Position numbers and translations under genes: made by a program. This document shows, piece after piece, positions 1 through 11,117 of a DNA stretch of 64,000 bases. Origin of the DNA: Antedon mediterranea (Eukaryota; Animalia; Echinodermata). The stretch's first letter is position 1. Every line of letters starts with the position of its first letter. The notes beneath the pieces were generated by a model that was not told where the DNA came from, did no database searches, and was given only the letters and a program-made list of their open reading frames with translations. The DNA lies in NCBI RefSeq assembly GCF_964355755.1, contig NC_092673.1, positions 12,248,948-12,312,947 on the forward strand, read 5' to 3'.

Positions 1-583
1 AGCCCTCGTTCGACTTTGTACTAGTGACAGGATACCTCCCAGGTTCATCCAGCCTAAGAGACTGGAGCAGATCTTCTGTTTCTGTACCGAACCCATACGG
101 CCTAGGCTGATATACACTGCCCTGGTCCATTACATGACTGTAGCCTCGTAATGTAACTTGAGCCTTGGCCCAAGTCCGGGTTCATCTGGTTGTCCCTAGG
201 ATAATAAGGTAGCGGGGGTTCTACTACCCTAGAGGTAGGCGTTTATACACCCCCTCTCCTGTATTCCCTTTCTAGATTCTGTTCAAATTCTGCATCATCA
301 TTCAGGTTAGGCCTAACTGTAATACCAAAGTCAGTCCGTAACTTTACAGGCGCTCGTTTCCCGTGTTGTAGAAGACCTACAGAACGGTAGCCTGATCAGG
401 TTCATTGACTCGGTTCTTGTCCAACATGAATGAAGTGTGTTTTGGCTTTTCAGGATCAGATAGCCGGGTATCAGGTTCCACCGGTGTCTCTCGTTCTAGC
501 CTTAGCCACGACTTAAATGTTGTATTTATTTCTCGTTCTAGCCTTTCTATTTCGTCCTGTATTGACCTGAGTGTGTTATTCAT
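1..583 (-). pseudogene. Gag-like region of an LTR retrotransposon (degenerate, runs off the window)
   Basis: The ORF at 377-583 starts just downstream of a PBS and LTR on the same strand. It has a coiled-coil-like N-terminus and is interrupted by a stop. Confidence 0.55.
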
Positions 584-675
584 AATTACAGTATAACAAT
601 TTTAACAATTTAAAGTGAGCCTAATTTTTCTAAGGTAACACTAACTGTTTCCTAAATCACAGTAGAACCAACTAA

Positions 676-1016
676 ATCCCACTTCTGACACCACCGTTTT
701 TAGATTAGGTCACGTTAAGAACCTCCAGGTTTGGCAGCAGGTGTGTCCCACTGACTTATCTAGTTAGTCTACGTCAAAATAATCAAATAAAAGACTACAC
801 ACTAAATCCGGTTTCAATTGCTTTATTCAAAACTCACCCTTCATAATCGAAGTAAATCAATGAAATATCCACAAGACAAAGTATAAAAATTACAGGTACA
901 GTACAACAATATGACAAGGAGGCTCATGCGTCCGTTCAGAGAATCATCCTCACATGGCCCGGGACATCCCTTATAAATGAACCGTACTTAACTGTAGAGG
1001 GCGCATTTTCATCACA
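676..1016 (-). mobile_element. 5' LTR (about 695-1016) and primer-binding site (676-693) of a Gypsy-like retrotransposon
   Basis: Minus strand TGGTGTCAGAAGTGGGAT is complementary to a tRNA-Leu 3' end. The LTR starts TGTGATG at 1016 and contains a TATA-like TTTATAA and an AATAAA. Confidence 0.75.
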
Positions 1017-3239
1017 TTATATTGTGGAACATGAAAACAACTTAACAATTTGTGTTTCCGCAGCAATGCGTTTTTCATTCGATTTATGTCTACTTTTTTA
1101 TTTTATCTATATGTATCAAACAAAAAACAACCAAAATAATATAGTTTGAAATTTTATACTTACTTACTTACTTATTTGTTATGTGTTTGCGCGCACATCT
1201 AATTCACACAGCACAATTTTTCTTTAGCGTTTTTAAAAATCTGAACAGTCAAAAAGTAAAGTCTAACGTTCCATATCCAGTATTGCTTTCAATTTTGAGA
1301 TTACAGATATTTCAAAGTGTAGGGATAGTGTAACAAAATCAATGGCCGTAAAATAGTTCCGAATTTTATTCTTGATACAATTTTTTTTTATTTTAATAAT
1401 TTGTCAAAGTACTTTTATTAGAGTGTGCTTTTATTATACTTGCCTATGCAAAGTATATAACCACATATTAAGGGTTACTGCTAGTAAATAATAATTGGGT
1501 TATTGATTTTATAGACAACTAAATCAAAGCTATATTATCTTAACTAAACTCTATACATTGAACTTAATTAATCCTACAGTGTGAGTTGGCAATCTATGTG
1601 GTCAAGGAAATCATTTAAAAATTATTATTTTATTTATTTTCTATAAACTGAAACCCAATTACTCTCTCTTTTCCGTCATTATCCCAAAATAATAGGACGT
1701 TACGAAACACAACTGGAAGCCACAGGACAGTGCTCATGAATAATTTATGGTTAGCGTGATATTGAAGACGATAAATTTGCCATTTTCTCGTTTATGGAGA
1801 ATGACAAGAAATAATGTACATTATAACCTTAAATATACACTTAAACATAGAAATTTCAAAACTCTAAATAAAATTTTAATTTTTAATTTAATTGTTTAAC
1901 GAAATAACATTTTTATAAGGTTAAGCGGCGTTTGAATGCGAGAAAAGCTAGGCATATGCTGTTCCACCAGAGCCAAGCGCTCAGAGGGGCTCTAGCGAAC
2001 ACATAATATTCATTGCCTTCCCTAACCTAATGATGAAGATAAAGAGATGGTATGTGATCTGATTATGATTATCACAAGTTGTATGGTTTTGATAATCCTG
2101 ATGTCCTCATAAAAAAAAATAGCTTTTATATTGAAAAGTTTCCAAAAATAGGTTGGGTAGCCCGGCAGCTCTACCAGCCTGCCTATATATACTGTTGGAG
2201 TTGGCTTCATGGTGGTAGGAGCGACGGGCAATCACTGCCTTGCTTCCTCCTGCTTCTCTGCAGACAGAGACCGTTATTTCAACCTGTTGATAGCGGTCAA
2301 GCCGCAATCAACCTAAAAGAGATAGAAATGAGAACAATTAACCAATTTAAACCTTATTTATAGAGTGTGACACTTTAAAACAGCATGCTATACAAAAATC
2401 TACTATAGACACTATACTGTCTATAGAACCTTAACATTGTGTAAAAATTGTGAAAGTGCAGCCAAAACTTGGTTTCTTACCCGGTTTCTTACTCCTACAA
2501 ATGGAAACTAAAATGAGCGGGTTTGAGATGGAGTTGTTTTATTTCAATTGTCTCATTCAATTCTAAAATATACATACAAAATATAGTCATATCTTCATTA
2601 CATTTCTTTCAACATGTCAAATAAAACTTAACGAAAAAAAACCTAACCATAGACAAGCACAATGGAAAAACTGTGTAAAGATCTCCTTTGTTACCTACCT
2701 CATCTATCTCAGATGTACCGCGAAATGTGGATTTGATAATATTAGAGTTTACTATTACGATATTGTTCCACATTTCTCTCTTAGGAAGATAAAGGGTTAT
2801 AAAACAAAATTTCTGATTTCATTGGTAGATTTTCAACATTCCGCGGTAAGTGATTTTTGGGTTGATGTAATCACTTTGCAACAAACAAGGTTTTTTGCTT
2901 TCGTGGGCTATGCGTGAAGTTATGTAAAATGAAACTATACTGCATACTTGATAAAGTCGATTTACTAGCATCTAATTACAAGTTCAGCCAAAATTTGGTT
3001 TCTTACTACCGCAAATCTCTCATACCCCCCCCCCCCCCTTCCTCCCCCCATGAAGTCTACGTAGTTTATCAACTACAAATATAAGTTAAATGTGTTTAGT
3101 CATGTTTTTCAGAGATATGCAGCTGAAGTTTATGTAAATTTGGGGAAATACCTGAACGAACAGTCTAGTATAGGTGTAGGAGGAGAAGCCGTAGAAGGAA
3201 CAGCCAGGTATTGAACATGCATCTTGTGATTAGATTTTT

Positions 3240-4367
3240 CAGCTCGATATTTGTGCCAAAATAGATTTTTTTAGGTAATTTTGTTCTTCTTGAGTTGCTG
3301 AATCCAAAAAAGTTAGTTGCCATTTTTTTTTCAACCACTCCTTCAGCCACCATTTTGTATTCAAAATGGCTGACGTTCCACACTAAACTTACAGTAAGTC
3401 ATCCATAGTATCATTGGAAAGGGAATGTAATACTGATCATTTTACATCTATATCAATAAACGCATAGTTACATAGTTATTGCGCAATAAAGGTCAAAAGA
3501 TCAACATGCAATTTATATTATATATCGTTGGATAGCTTTTTTTATTCTGAATACAGCTTTGTTAATGTTTGTTTTATTTTCTTCCTATTTTTTTATAATT
3601 GTCCATTTGATATGTTTTATATTATATTATATATTATCTTAATACTGAATAAGTACGGTACTACAATGTAAAGTTTCCGAGGTATTTAAAATCAAATTAA
3701 CACTATAGTCAGTGAACAAGGTGAAATAAATTGTTTGTCAAATCACACCTTTGTTTTGTTTCGTTGGATAGCTTTTTAAATTCTGAATCTATTTTAGTTT
3801 GAGTAGTCTAAATTTCTGTTTTCGTTTAAAAAAAAATGCTACGGGTCATGGTATCATTTGCGTAGCGTTCAAAATCATTTGTATAACTGTGTTATTGTTG
3901 TCGAACCGGGTACCACACAATATAAAACCATCTGTCCAGAAATAGAGTTGCATTACCATGAATTGTTAAATCAATAAGAAAAACCGTATTCATCTTAATA
4001 CTAAGGAGACCTGTTCAATTTACATTTAAAAACAATTTATGTACATAATTGGAAAAAATCAAAGTAAAATCAAATAGGTATTAGTAAAACTGTATTCAGA
4101 ATAAAAAAAGCTATTGAGAAAATTTAATCTTTATTGGTCACGTGTTTTATTGTTAAATAACTGTGTAACTATGCATTTTTTGATATGGATGTATGGGATA
4201 AAATGATCAGTATTACATTCCCTTTCTAATGATACCATGGATGACAAAGTTTAGTGTGGAATGTCAGCCATTTTGAAATTCAAATTCCACCTAACTTTTT
4301 TTAATTCACCAACTTAAAAATAACAAAGTTAGCGAATAAAATCTATTTTGGCATAATTATCGAGCTG
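3240..4367. mobile_element. Non-autonomous DNA transposon/MITE with about 300-bp imperfect inverted arms
   Basis: 3240-3560 is the reverse complement of about 4088-4367 (e.g. CAGCTCGATA / TATCGAGCTG and GTAATACTGATCATTTTA / TAAAATGATCAGTATTAC). TSD not resolved. Confidence 0.7.
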
Positions 4368-4539
4368 GAGCTAGTTTTCCTTGCAAATGTGTTGTTTAAC
4401 TATTGTTTATTTTATTGTTTTATGACACACAATATATTTTACCATCAAGTGACCAGCCTTAATGCAAACATTAGGCTGAAAAAAGGGGGATGTTTGGTCA
4501 GTACAGTTTTTCAAAAGAGTAACATGGTAAAATGATGGT

Positions 4540-4674
4540 GCTTCGCGTGCTGTATAGACCAGATAGTGATGGTGTAATGATAAGGCAATCGAACTAGCAT
4601 GTGATAGGCAAGTTTGATGCTTTACTCTTATTAACCAAATCCTTCAGATGGCACATTAAGCCGCTTGTCTCATG
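4540..4674 (+). mobile_element. Degenerate partial copy of the 5S/tRNA/Deu-type SINE, interrupted by the Academ insertion
   Basis: GTGCTGTATAGACCAGATAGTGATGGTGTAATG...GATGCTTTACTCT...CCTTCAGATGG aligns by eye with the minus-strand copy at 19724-20180. Confidence 0.65.
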
Positions 4675-7600
4675 TAGTAGAGCAGTTAATGACATGAGCT
4701 GTGCATTTTATTACCAAAGCATGAAACTTGGCACAAAGTTTCTATAATGTATATAAATTCAAAATATCGGGGGGTGCCAAGTGTCCAACGTTCGGTATGG
4801 CGGCCATCTTGATTTCAAAATGGCCACCATAAAAACAAAAAATGTTCATATCTTGGCAACTATACCCATTAGAGACTTAATTCTTGTCTCAAATTGTTCA
4901 CAAACTATATATTTCTATTTACTCTAATGAAAATTTTCGTCCAAAAATGACCGGAAATGACGTTTCTTTCAGTTTGACCTTTGACCTCGTATTTGTATAT
5001 CTCTGTAACTACTGGTCATTTTCAATCGATTTTGGTGTCATTTTGTTCAGAATAAATACATTTATATTTGTAGTAATGAAACATTTTTACATAAAATGAC
5101 CAGAAATACAATTTATGACTTTTGACATTTAATTATTGATTTTTAATTATGTGAATATACTGTATGTGGTTTTTGGTGGTCTTAAATGCACCTAATTTTG
5201 AACTTTGACCTGATAGGCGTAATTATATTAAATGATTAATGTACTTAAATTGTATATTGTACATAGAATTGGTAAATATTGTGCTTGGTGGTACCATTAT
5301 TAGTTCAACGATGTTGGCACCTTCTGATTCGCTAAAAGTTTTAATAGTTTGACAGAGGAAATAACATACATGTTATGGAATACCGTCAAACCTCGAAAAG
5401 GTGATAGTATGAGCTTCTTTTCGAGATAGACTGTATTTGAATGTCAAATGAATAGTATGATGATCGTGTTTATATCAATATATTATTAATGACCTTACAA
5501 AGAACCCTTTATATTTCAACAATCAAGCCTCAGTTATTCTACAATTTATTGTTTTCCAAGTGGCTGGTAGGCCTATTTTGATTGCATCTTCTTTTTGTAG
5601 GCCTATGCTTCCTCGGTAATATGGTCCTACCCCTCCTTCTTTGTCTGTAGATGGTCTTATACCCCATTCTTTGTCTGTGGATGGTCTTATACCCCCCTTC
5701 CTTGTCTGTGGATAGTCTTATACCCGCTTCTTTGTCTGTGGATGGTCTTATACCCGCTTCTTTGTCTGTGGATGGTCTTATACCCCCTTCTTTGTCTGTG
5801 GATGGTCTTATACCCGCTTCTTTGTCTGTGGATGATCTTACACCCTTTCTTTGTATGTAGATGGTCTTACACCCCTTCTTTGTCTGTGGATGGTCCTACA
5901 CTCCCTTCTTTGTATGTGGATGGTCCTACACCCCCTTCTTTGTCTGTGGATAGTCCTACACCCCCTTCGTTGTCTATGGATGGTCTTATACCCCCTTCTT
6001 TGTCTGTGGATGGTCGTGAACCCCTTTCTTTGTCTGTGGACGGTCTTATACCCCCTTTTTTGTCTGTTGATGGTATTAAACCCCTTTCTTTGTCTGTTGA
6101 TGGTATTACACCCCTTTCTTTGTTTGTGGATGGTCTTACACCCCTTCTTTGTCTGTGGATGGTCTTACACCTCCTTCTTTCTCTGTAGATGGTCTTATAC
6201 CCCCTTCTTTGTCTGTGGATGGTCTTATACCCCCTTCTTTGTCTGTAGATGGTCTTATAATCCCTTTTTTGTGTGTGGATGGTCTTACACCCCCTTCTTT
6301 GTCTGTGGGTGGTCTTACATCCCCTTCTTTGTCTGTGGATTGTCCGACACCCCTTTCTTTGTCTGTGGATGGTCCTACATCACCTTCTTTGTCTGTGGAT
6401 GGTCTTATACCCCCTTCTTTGTCTGTAAGTGGTCCTATACCCTTTCTTTGTCAGTGGGTGGTCTTACACCCCCTTCTTTGTCTGTGGACGGTCCTACACC
6501 CCCTTCTTTGTCTGTGGACGGTATTACACCCCTTTCTTTGTCTGTTGATGGTATTACACCCCTTTTTTTGTTGTGTGTGGATGGTCTTACACCCCTTTCT
6601 TTCTGTGTGGATGGTCTTACACCCCTTCTTTGTCTGTGGATGGTCTTACACCCCTTCTTTGTCTGTGGATGGTCTTACACCCCTTCTTTCTCTGTGGATG
6701 GCCTTACACCCCTTTCTTTGTCTGTGGACGGTCCTACACCCCTTTCTTCTTTGTCTGTAGATGGTCTTACACCCCCTTCTTTGTCTGTGGATGGTCCTAC
6801 ACCCCCTTCTTTGTCTGTAGATGGCCTTACACCCCTTTCTTTGTGTATGGATGGTCTTATACCCCCTTCTTTGTCTGTGGATGGTCTTACACCCCCTTCT
6901 TTGTCTGTGGATGGTCTTACACCCCTTCTTTGTCTGTGGATAGTCTTATACCCCCTTCTTTGTCTGTGGATGGTCTTATACCCCCTTCTTTGTCTGTGAT
7001 GGTCTTATACCCCCTTCTTTGTCTGTGGATGGTCTTACATCCCCTTCTTTGTCTGGACCCACTACTTTGATTGATTAAATCAGACATTGTTTCTTGTATG
7101 ATTAGGAGACCAAGACCTTCAAAGTGAAAGTTCACAAGTGGATGCCTAAAAAGGTCTTGTACAGAACAGTATATTGTAGGTCCATGTCACTAATTTGAGA
7201 ATTACTTGAATAATTATATTGAGATGTCTTTTACGAATTGATTTGGTTCGGATTTTGCTAAAAAATCAATGAGTAGAGAAAATCGAGGAAAAGGATACAG
7301 ATGGTTTACAGCAAAGGCCCATTACCATAAAAATGGAGTACATTTTTTTAGATGCAACGAAAATGAACAAGAATTATCTGAGTTTCTGACTAATGAAAGT
7401 AGGTCTACTGCACAAATGCAGGATAAGTTTGTAGTAAGTTTGAAAGACGGTATTCTCTTAACTCATGAAAATGAAAACTTTCCGAACTTGTCTCATATGC
7501 AACATCAAAGAGGCCAACGAAAGAATGCTACTTTACATCAAAAATATTTCCAAATGGCATCTAACAATTCAATTCAACTTTTATTTCAGACAATTGTCCA

Positions 7601-8349
7601 TATGGTATAATACATTGCAAAAAAAAAAGATGATGGAGAGAGGACCAAAACTTTTATCTAACGATTGACACATCACAGTTTAGCAAACCAGTCGGCATAG
7701 ATGAGCTCAGTGATTGCTGTTTCTCAGTGATCTGTCATACTTTACGCCTATCCTATCACATCAAAAGTCAAAAATTCAGAATAATAATTCCTGCTCATTT
7801 TTGCAGTGTCATTTATTTCGTTAAAAAAAAAATTAGGTGCATTTATACCAATGTAAACCACATACAGTATGTTCACATATTATATATGTCAAAGGTTATA
7901 AATTGTATTTCCAGTCATTTTATGTGAAAATGTTTCATTACTACAAATATAAATGTCTCTATTCTGAACAAAATGACACCAAAATCGATTGAAAATGATC
8001 AGTAGTTACTGAGATATACAGATAAGAGGTCAAAGGTCAAACTGGGAGAAACGTCATTTCCGGTCATTTTTTGACGAAACTTTTCATTAGAGCAAATAGA
8101 AATATGTGGTTTGTGAACAATTTAACACCAGAATCAAGTCTCTACTGTTTATAGTTGCCAAGATATGAAGACTTTTTGTTTTTATGGTGGCCATTTTGAA
8201 ATCAAGATGGCCGCCATACCGGACGTTGGACACTTGGCACCCCCCGATATTTTTAATCTATATACATCAAAGAAACTTTGTGGCAAGTTTCATGCTTTGG
8301 TAATAAAGTGCACAACTTGGCTATTTTTATGGCACTAACTGCTCTACTA
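4675..8349 (+). mobile_element. Academ-type DNA transposon (deleted derivative)
   Basis: About 450-bp TIRs (4675-5128 and 7886-8349) with TAGTAGAGCAG...CTGCTCTACTA ends and a 3-bp ATG TSD (4672-4674, 8350-8352). A frameshifted coding remnant at about 7270-7560 reads CNIKEANERMLLY, resembling the CxHEEADTRMLLH motif. Confidence 0.8.
5620..7055. repeat. 30-bp minisatellite (ATGGTCTTACACCCCCTTCTTTGTCTGTGG), about 48 copies
   Basis: Direct tandem array with small indels; it accounts for the overlapping repetitive ORFs at 5651-7135. Confidence 0.95.
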
Positions 8350-8946
8350 ATGTACATATTATTGAACCATGCCTGCACCGTCTACAAATAAACCATTCAT
8401 AAAAGCAATGTAATATATCAAGAGAGGTTCATATACAGAGAGGGGTACGACAAGGTGATACTCTGTCCCCAAAGATATTCACAGCAACCATCGAAGAAGT
8501 ATTCAAAAAGGCTCAGCTTAATGGAGGAATAACTATTGATGGAGAAATGCTTACAGACCTCCGTTTTGCGGATGACGTGGCATTGATTTCAACATCAGTT
8601 GCAGATATGAAAAACCAGCTCTCAATTCTGAATAAGGAGAGTAAATCAATCGAACTAACTATGCACAAAGACAAAACAAAATACATGACTAACTTTGACA
8701 CTCAGGAAGACATTGAAATAGGAGGGCCGAAAACTAGAAAAAGTGGAAGAATATAAATATCTAGGACAAACACTGAAAATGGAAGACACCACGAAGGAGG
8801 AAGTTCTGTTAAGAATAAAAGCAGGATGGATGAATTTTGGCAGACACAAACACATGCTGACCGACAAAAGTATACCAATGTCACTGAGAAAGAAATTATT
8901 TAACCAATGTGTGCTATCAACTATGACATGGTTCAGAGACATGGGC

Positions 8947-9550
8947 AACTAGAGGGTACTCCGAGAGTACAAACCTCCGCCTACTGTAAAATTCCCCTAC
9001 ATAAAATTCCCCCTGAATATTTTTTTTTTTACATTTTTTTTTATTAGTTCTCAGTGTAAATATGTTAACTGCACACTACAAAGTTGTGGATGACAGTGTG
9101 GTGTAATGGTTAGGTATCCAGCCTCTCACAGTTGAGATCGCTGGTTCAAGTCCCACTGAGGGTTTTTTTTTTTTATTATTTTTTTATTTTTTTTTTTTTG
9201 TGGACCTTGATCTTTGACCCTGACCCTTCAAAATTTAACCACAATTATATGATGTGTCATTGATCATTGTGGCTAAGTTTGGTGAGAATCGGATCAAAAC
9301 TGTGGTCTCTAGGCAGTAAAATAGTTTTTTGTTAGTTGTGACCTTGACCTATGACCTTTCCCCTCAAATTCGAACTCGTCCGAGCTTTTTGGGCATAGAT
9401 CATTGTGTCCAAATTTGGTTAGAATCGGATAAAAACTGTGGCCTCCAGGCTGTTCACAGACACACACACAAACACACCCACGCACGCACACACACACACA
9501 CACACAAACATACAGGGGTGAAAACATAACCTCCTTGGCGGAGGTAATAA
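8947..9550 (-). mobile_element. Helentron-associated non-autonomous element (HINE/DINE-1-like)
   Basis: The minus strand starts TTATTACCTCCGCCAAGGAGG, has a (GT)n microsatellite, a subterminal IR GGCGGAGGT, a hairpin GTACTCTCGGAGTAC and a CTAGTT end. It splits the RTE coding sequence. Confidence 0.75.
9093..9172 (+). other. tRNA-derived Pol III cassette (not a bona fide tRNA) inside the HINE
   Basis: A-box TGGTGTAATGG, B-box GGTTCAAGTCC, followed by a T-run; the acceptor stem does not pair. Confidence 0.6.
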
Positions 9551-9589
9551 CAAAGGAACTTGAACAGAAACTTACAACTACTCAAAGAG

Positions 9590-9795
9590 TATAGATATTT
9601 TGTACTTTTTAATCTTCATGTTGTTTTTAATGTTGTAATTTTGTATTTTATTGTTGGATGATTTTGTTTTGCTGGAGACCCACTTGATAGTTTGATTTTG
9701 TTCGCTTTTGGGAATCCTGTCTCTCTCTAGTGTTTATTATTTTTTGTTATAATTATGTGAGACGAAATAAATGAAATGAAATGAAAATGAAAATG
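9590..9795 (+). mobile_element. 3' UTR fragment of an L2-like LINE nested in the RTE
   Basis: T-rich UTR, AATAAA and a (TGAAA)n tail; RTE sequence resumes afterwards. Confidence 0.5.
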
Positions 9796-10129
9796 ATGAA
9801 CTTATCGCTTCAAACAGGGTAAATCATACAATCATACAATCATCAGAAAAAAGACAGGTGTTTACAGATATAATGGAGAAAGTAAGACAGTCAAAAAGGA
9901 GATGGGCTGGGCATGTGGCAAGATTTCAAGATAATAGGTGGACATACAGATTAACAGAATGGCAACGAAGAGTAGGAAAGAGGAAAAGAGGAAGACAGAA
10001 AAGAAGGTGGAGAGATGATCTAACAACATACATTGGAACAGCTGCATGGACTAGGACAGCAAGAATTAGACAGAAATGGAAATGTTATGAGGAGGGCTTA
10101 ATTCATTCAACAATGGATGAACTAATGCC

Positions 10130-10161
<32 letters not shown>

Positions 10162-11008
10162 TAGAAAAGCAATGTAATAATATTTTAATGTGTGAGAGTG
10201 TAATGTAAGAGTCTTACCTAACCTAACTTCTAAATCCGTAGTACCCATTTAACCACTAAATCTTGTAGAATTTCATGATACCATCATTTCTTTTTATAAT
10301 ATTTATGAAAAAGTTATGATCTTCAACAGAAGATGCTTTTATCTTTCTCTATAGGTCTAATGTTCTATGAAATTTGTCTGAAACAATAGACCTTGTATAG
10401 TGTAAACATAACTTCCTGGGAATTTATTATCTGTAGTCCTGTGAACAAATTGCATCATGTTTTGTAATTCACCTGAAGAGTGTGATTAGCTTTGCTGGCC
10501 ATACGAATAGTGAATAAATATGAAGTCCTCTTACTTCATCTTGTATCGTTTCTAATCTTCTAATGAAATTAAGAAAAATATATAAATAATGGGGGTTTAA
10601 CAATCATATTAATAATGTAGGCTCTTTTTTGTTTTAAACCAAAATGAAATTCAGAGGTTCTCTGCTGTAGAATACAAATTGGAGTCAAATGAAATAAATA
10701 GAAATGTTCAGGTATAATTCTTCAGGCCCTAAAAATGTTTATTGTCTCATTTTTTCAGAAGGCAATAATTATTTAGGTTGGAATATGTCGACCTTTCAAA
10801 CATCCATACACGATACAACTGAAGAGGAAAAAATAATATCATTAATATCCTCTTGTTTGATTTTTTATAGGATCAACAAACCATGGGGGTTGTAGTCTGT
10901 TGTTGTAAAGTTCTTCTATAAAGTAGTTAACAATCAAACAAATCTTCCAGATCTTTTGTTTTAGAAAAAACTAAACTGTAATTCCTGGTCTCAATTGTTT
11001 TTTTAAAG

Positions 11009-11117
11009 GTATATTTTGAGTGGAATTTCTAATATCATGAGTACCACAGCTCCACCACCACAAACAAAAAACAAAATTTCAATGGAAAGTGAAGACAAGA
11101 AAGATTATGCATCTCAG
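11009..11117 (+). CDS. PKD1L2: PKD1-like exon (first one identified)
   Basis: ttttaaAG / GTaaac boundaries; YILSGISNIM...ASQ; in phase with the next exon. Confidence 0.65.

Larger units (their letters stand above)
8416..10164 (+). mobile_element. 5'-truncated RTE-clade LINE with two nested insertions
   Basis: RT motifs GVRQGDTLSPK, LRFADD and YKYLGQ, and C-terminal RWAGHVAR...RGRQKRRW. It has a (TAGA/CAGA)n tail and a 15-bp TSD AAAAGCAATGTAATA (8401-8415, 10165-10179). Confidence 0.9.

Noticed and set aside
2022-2363. Short ORFs as upstream PKD1-like exons or a separate gene
   Set aside because: No recognisable motif and no convincing phase-compatible splice sites.
2403-2426. Short palindrome CTATAGAC...GTCTATAG as another P-type scar
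   Set aside because: No CAT/ATG ends and no 7-bp flanking duplication.
5620-7055. CRISPR array, or genuine repeat proteins (ORFs up to 382 aa)
   Set aside because: Head-to-tail 30-mers with no unique spacers; the ORFs are open in several frames only because the unit lacks stops; eukaryotic context with no cas genes.
9093-9172. Functional tRNA gene
   Set aside because: The acceptor stem does not form and the sequence is embedded in a repeat family.
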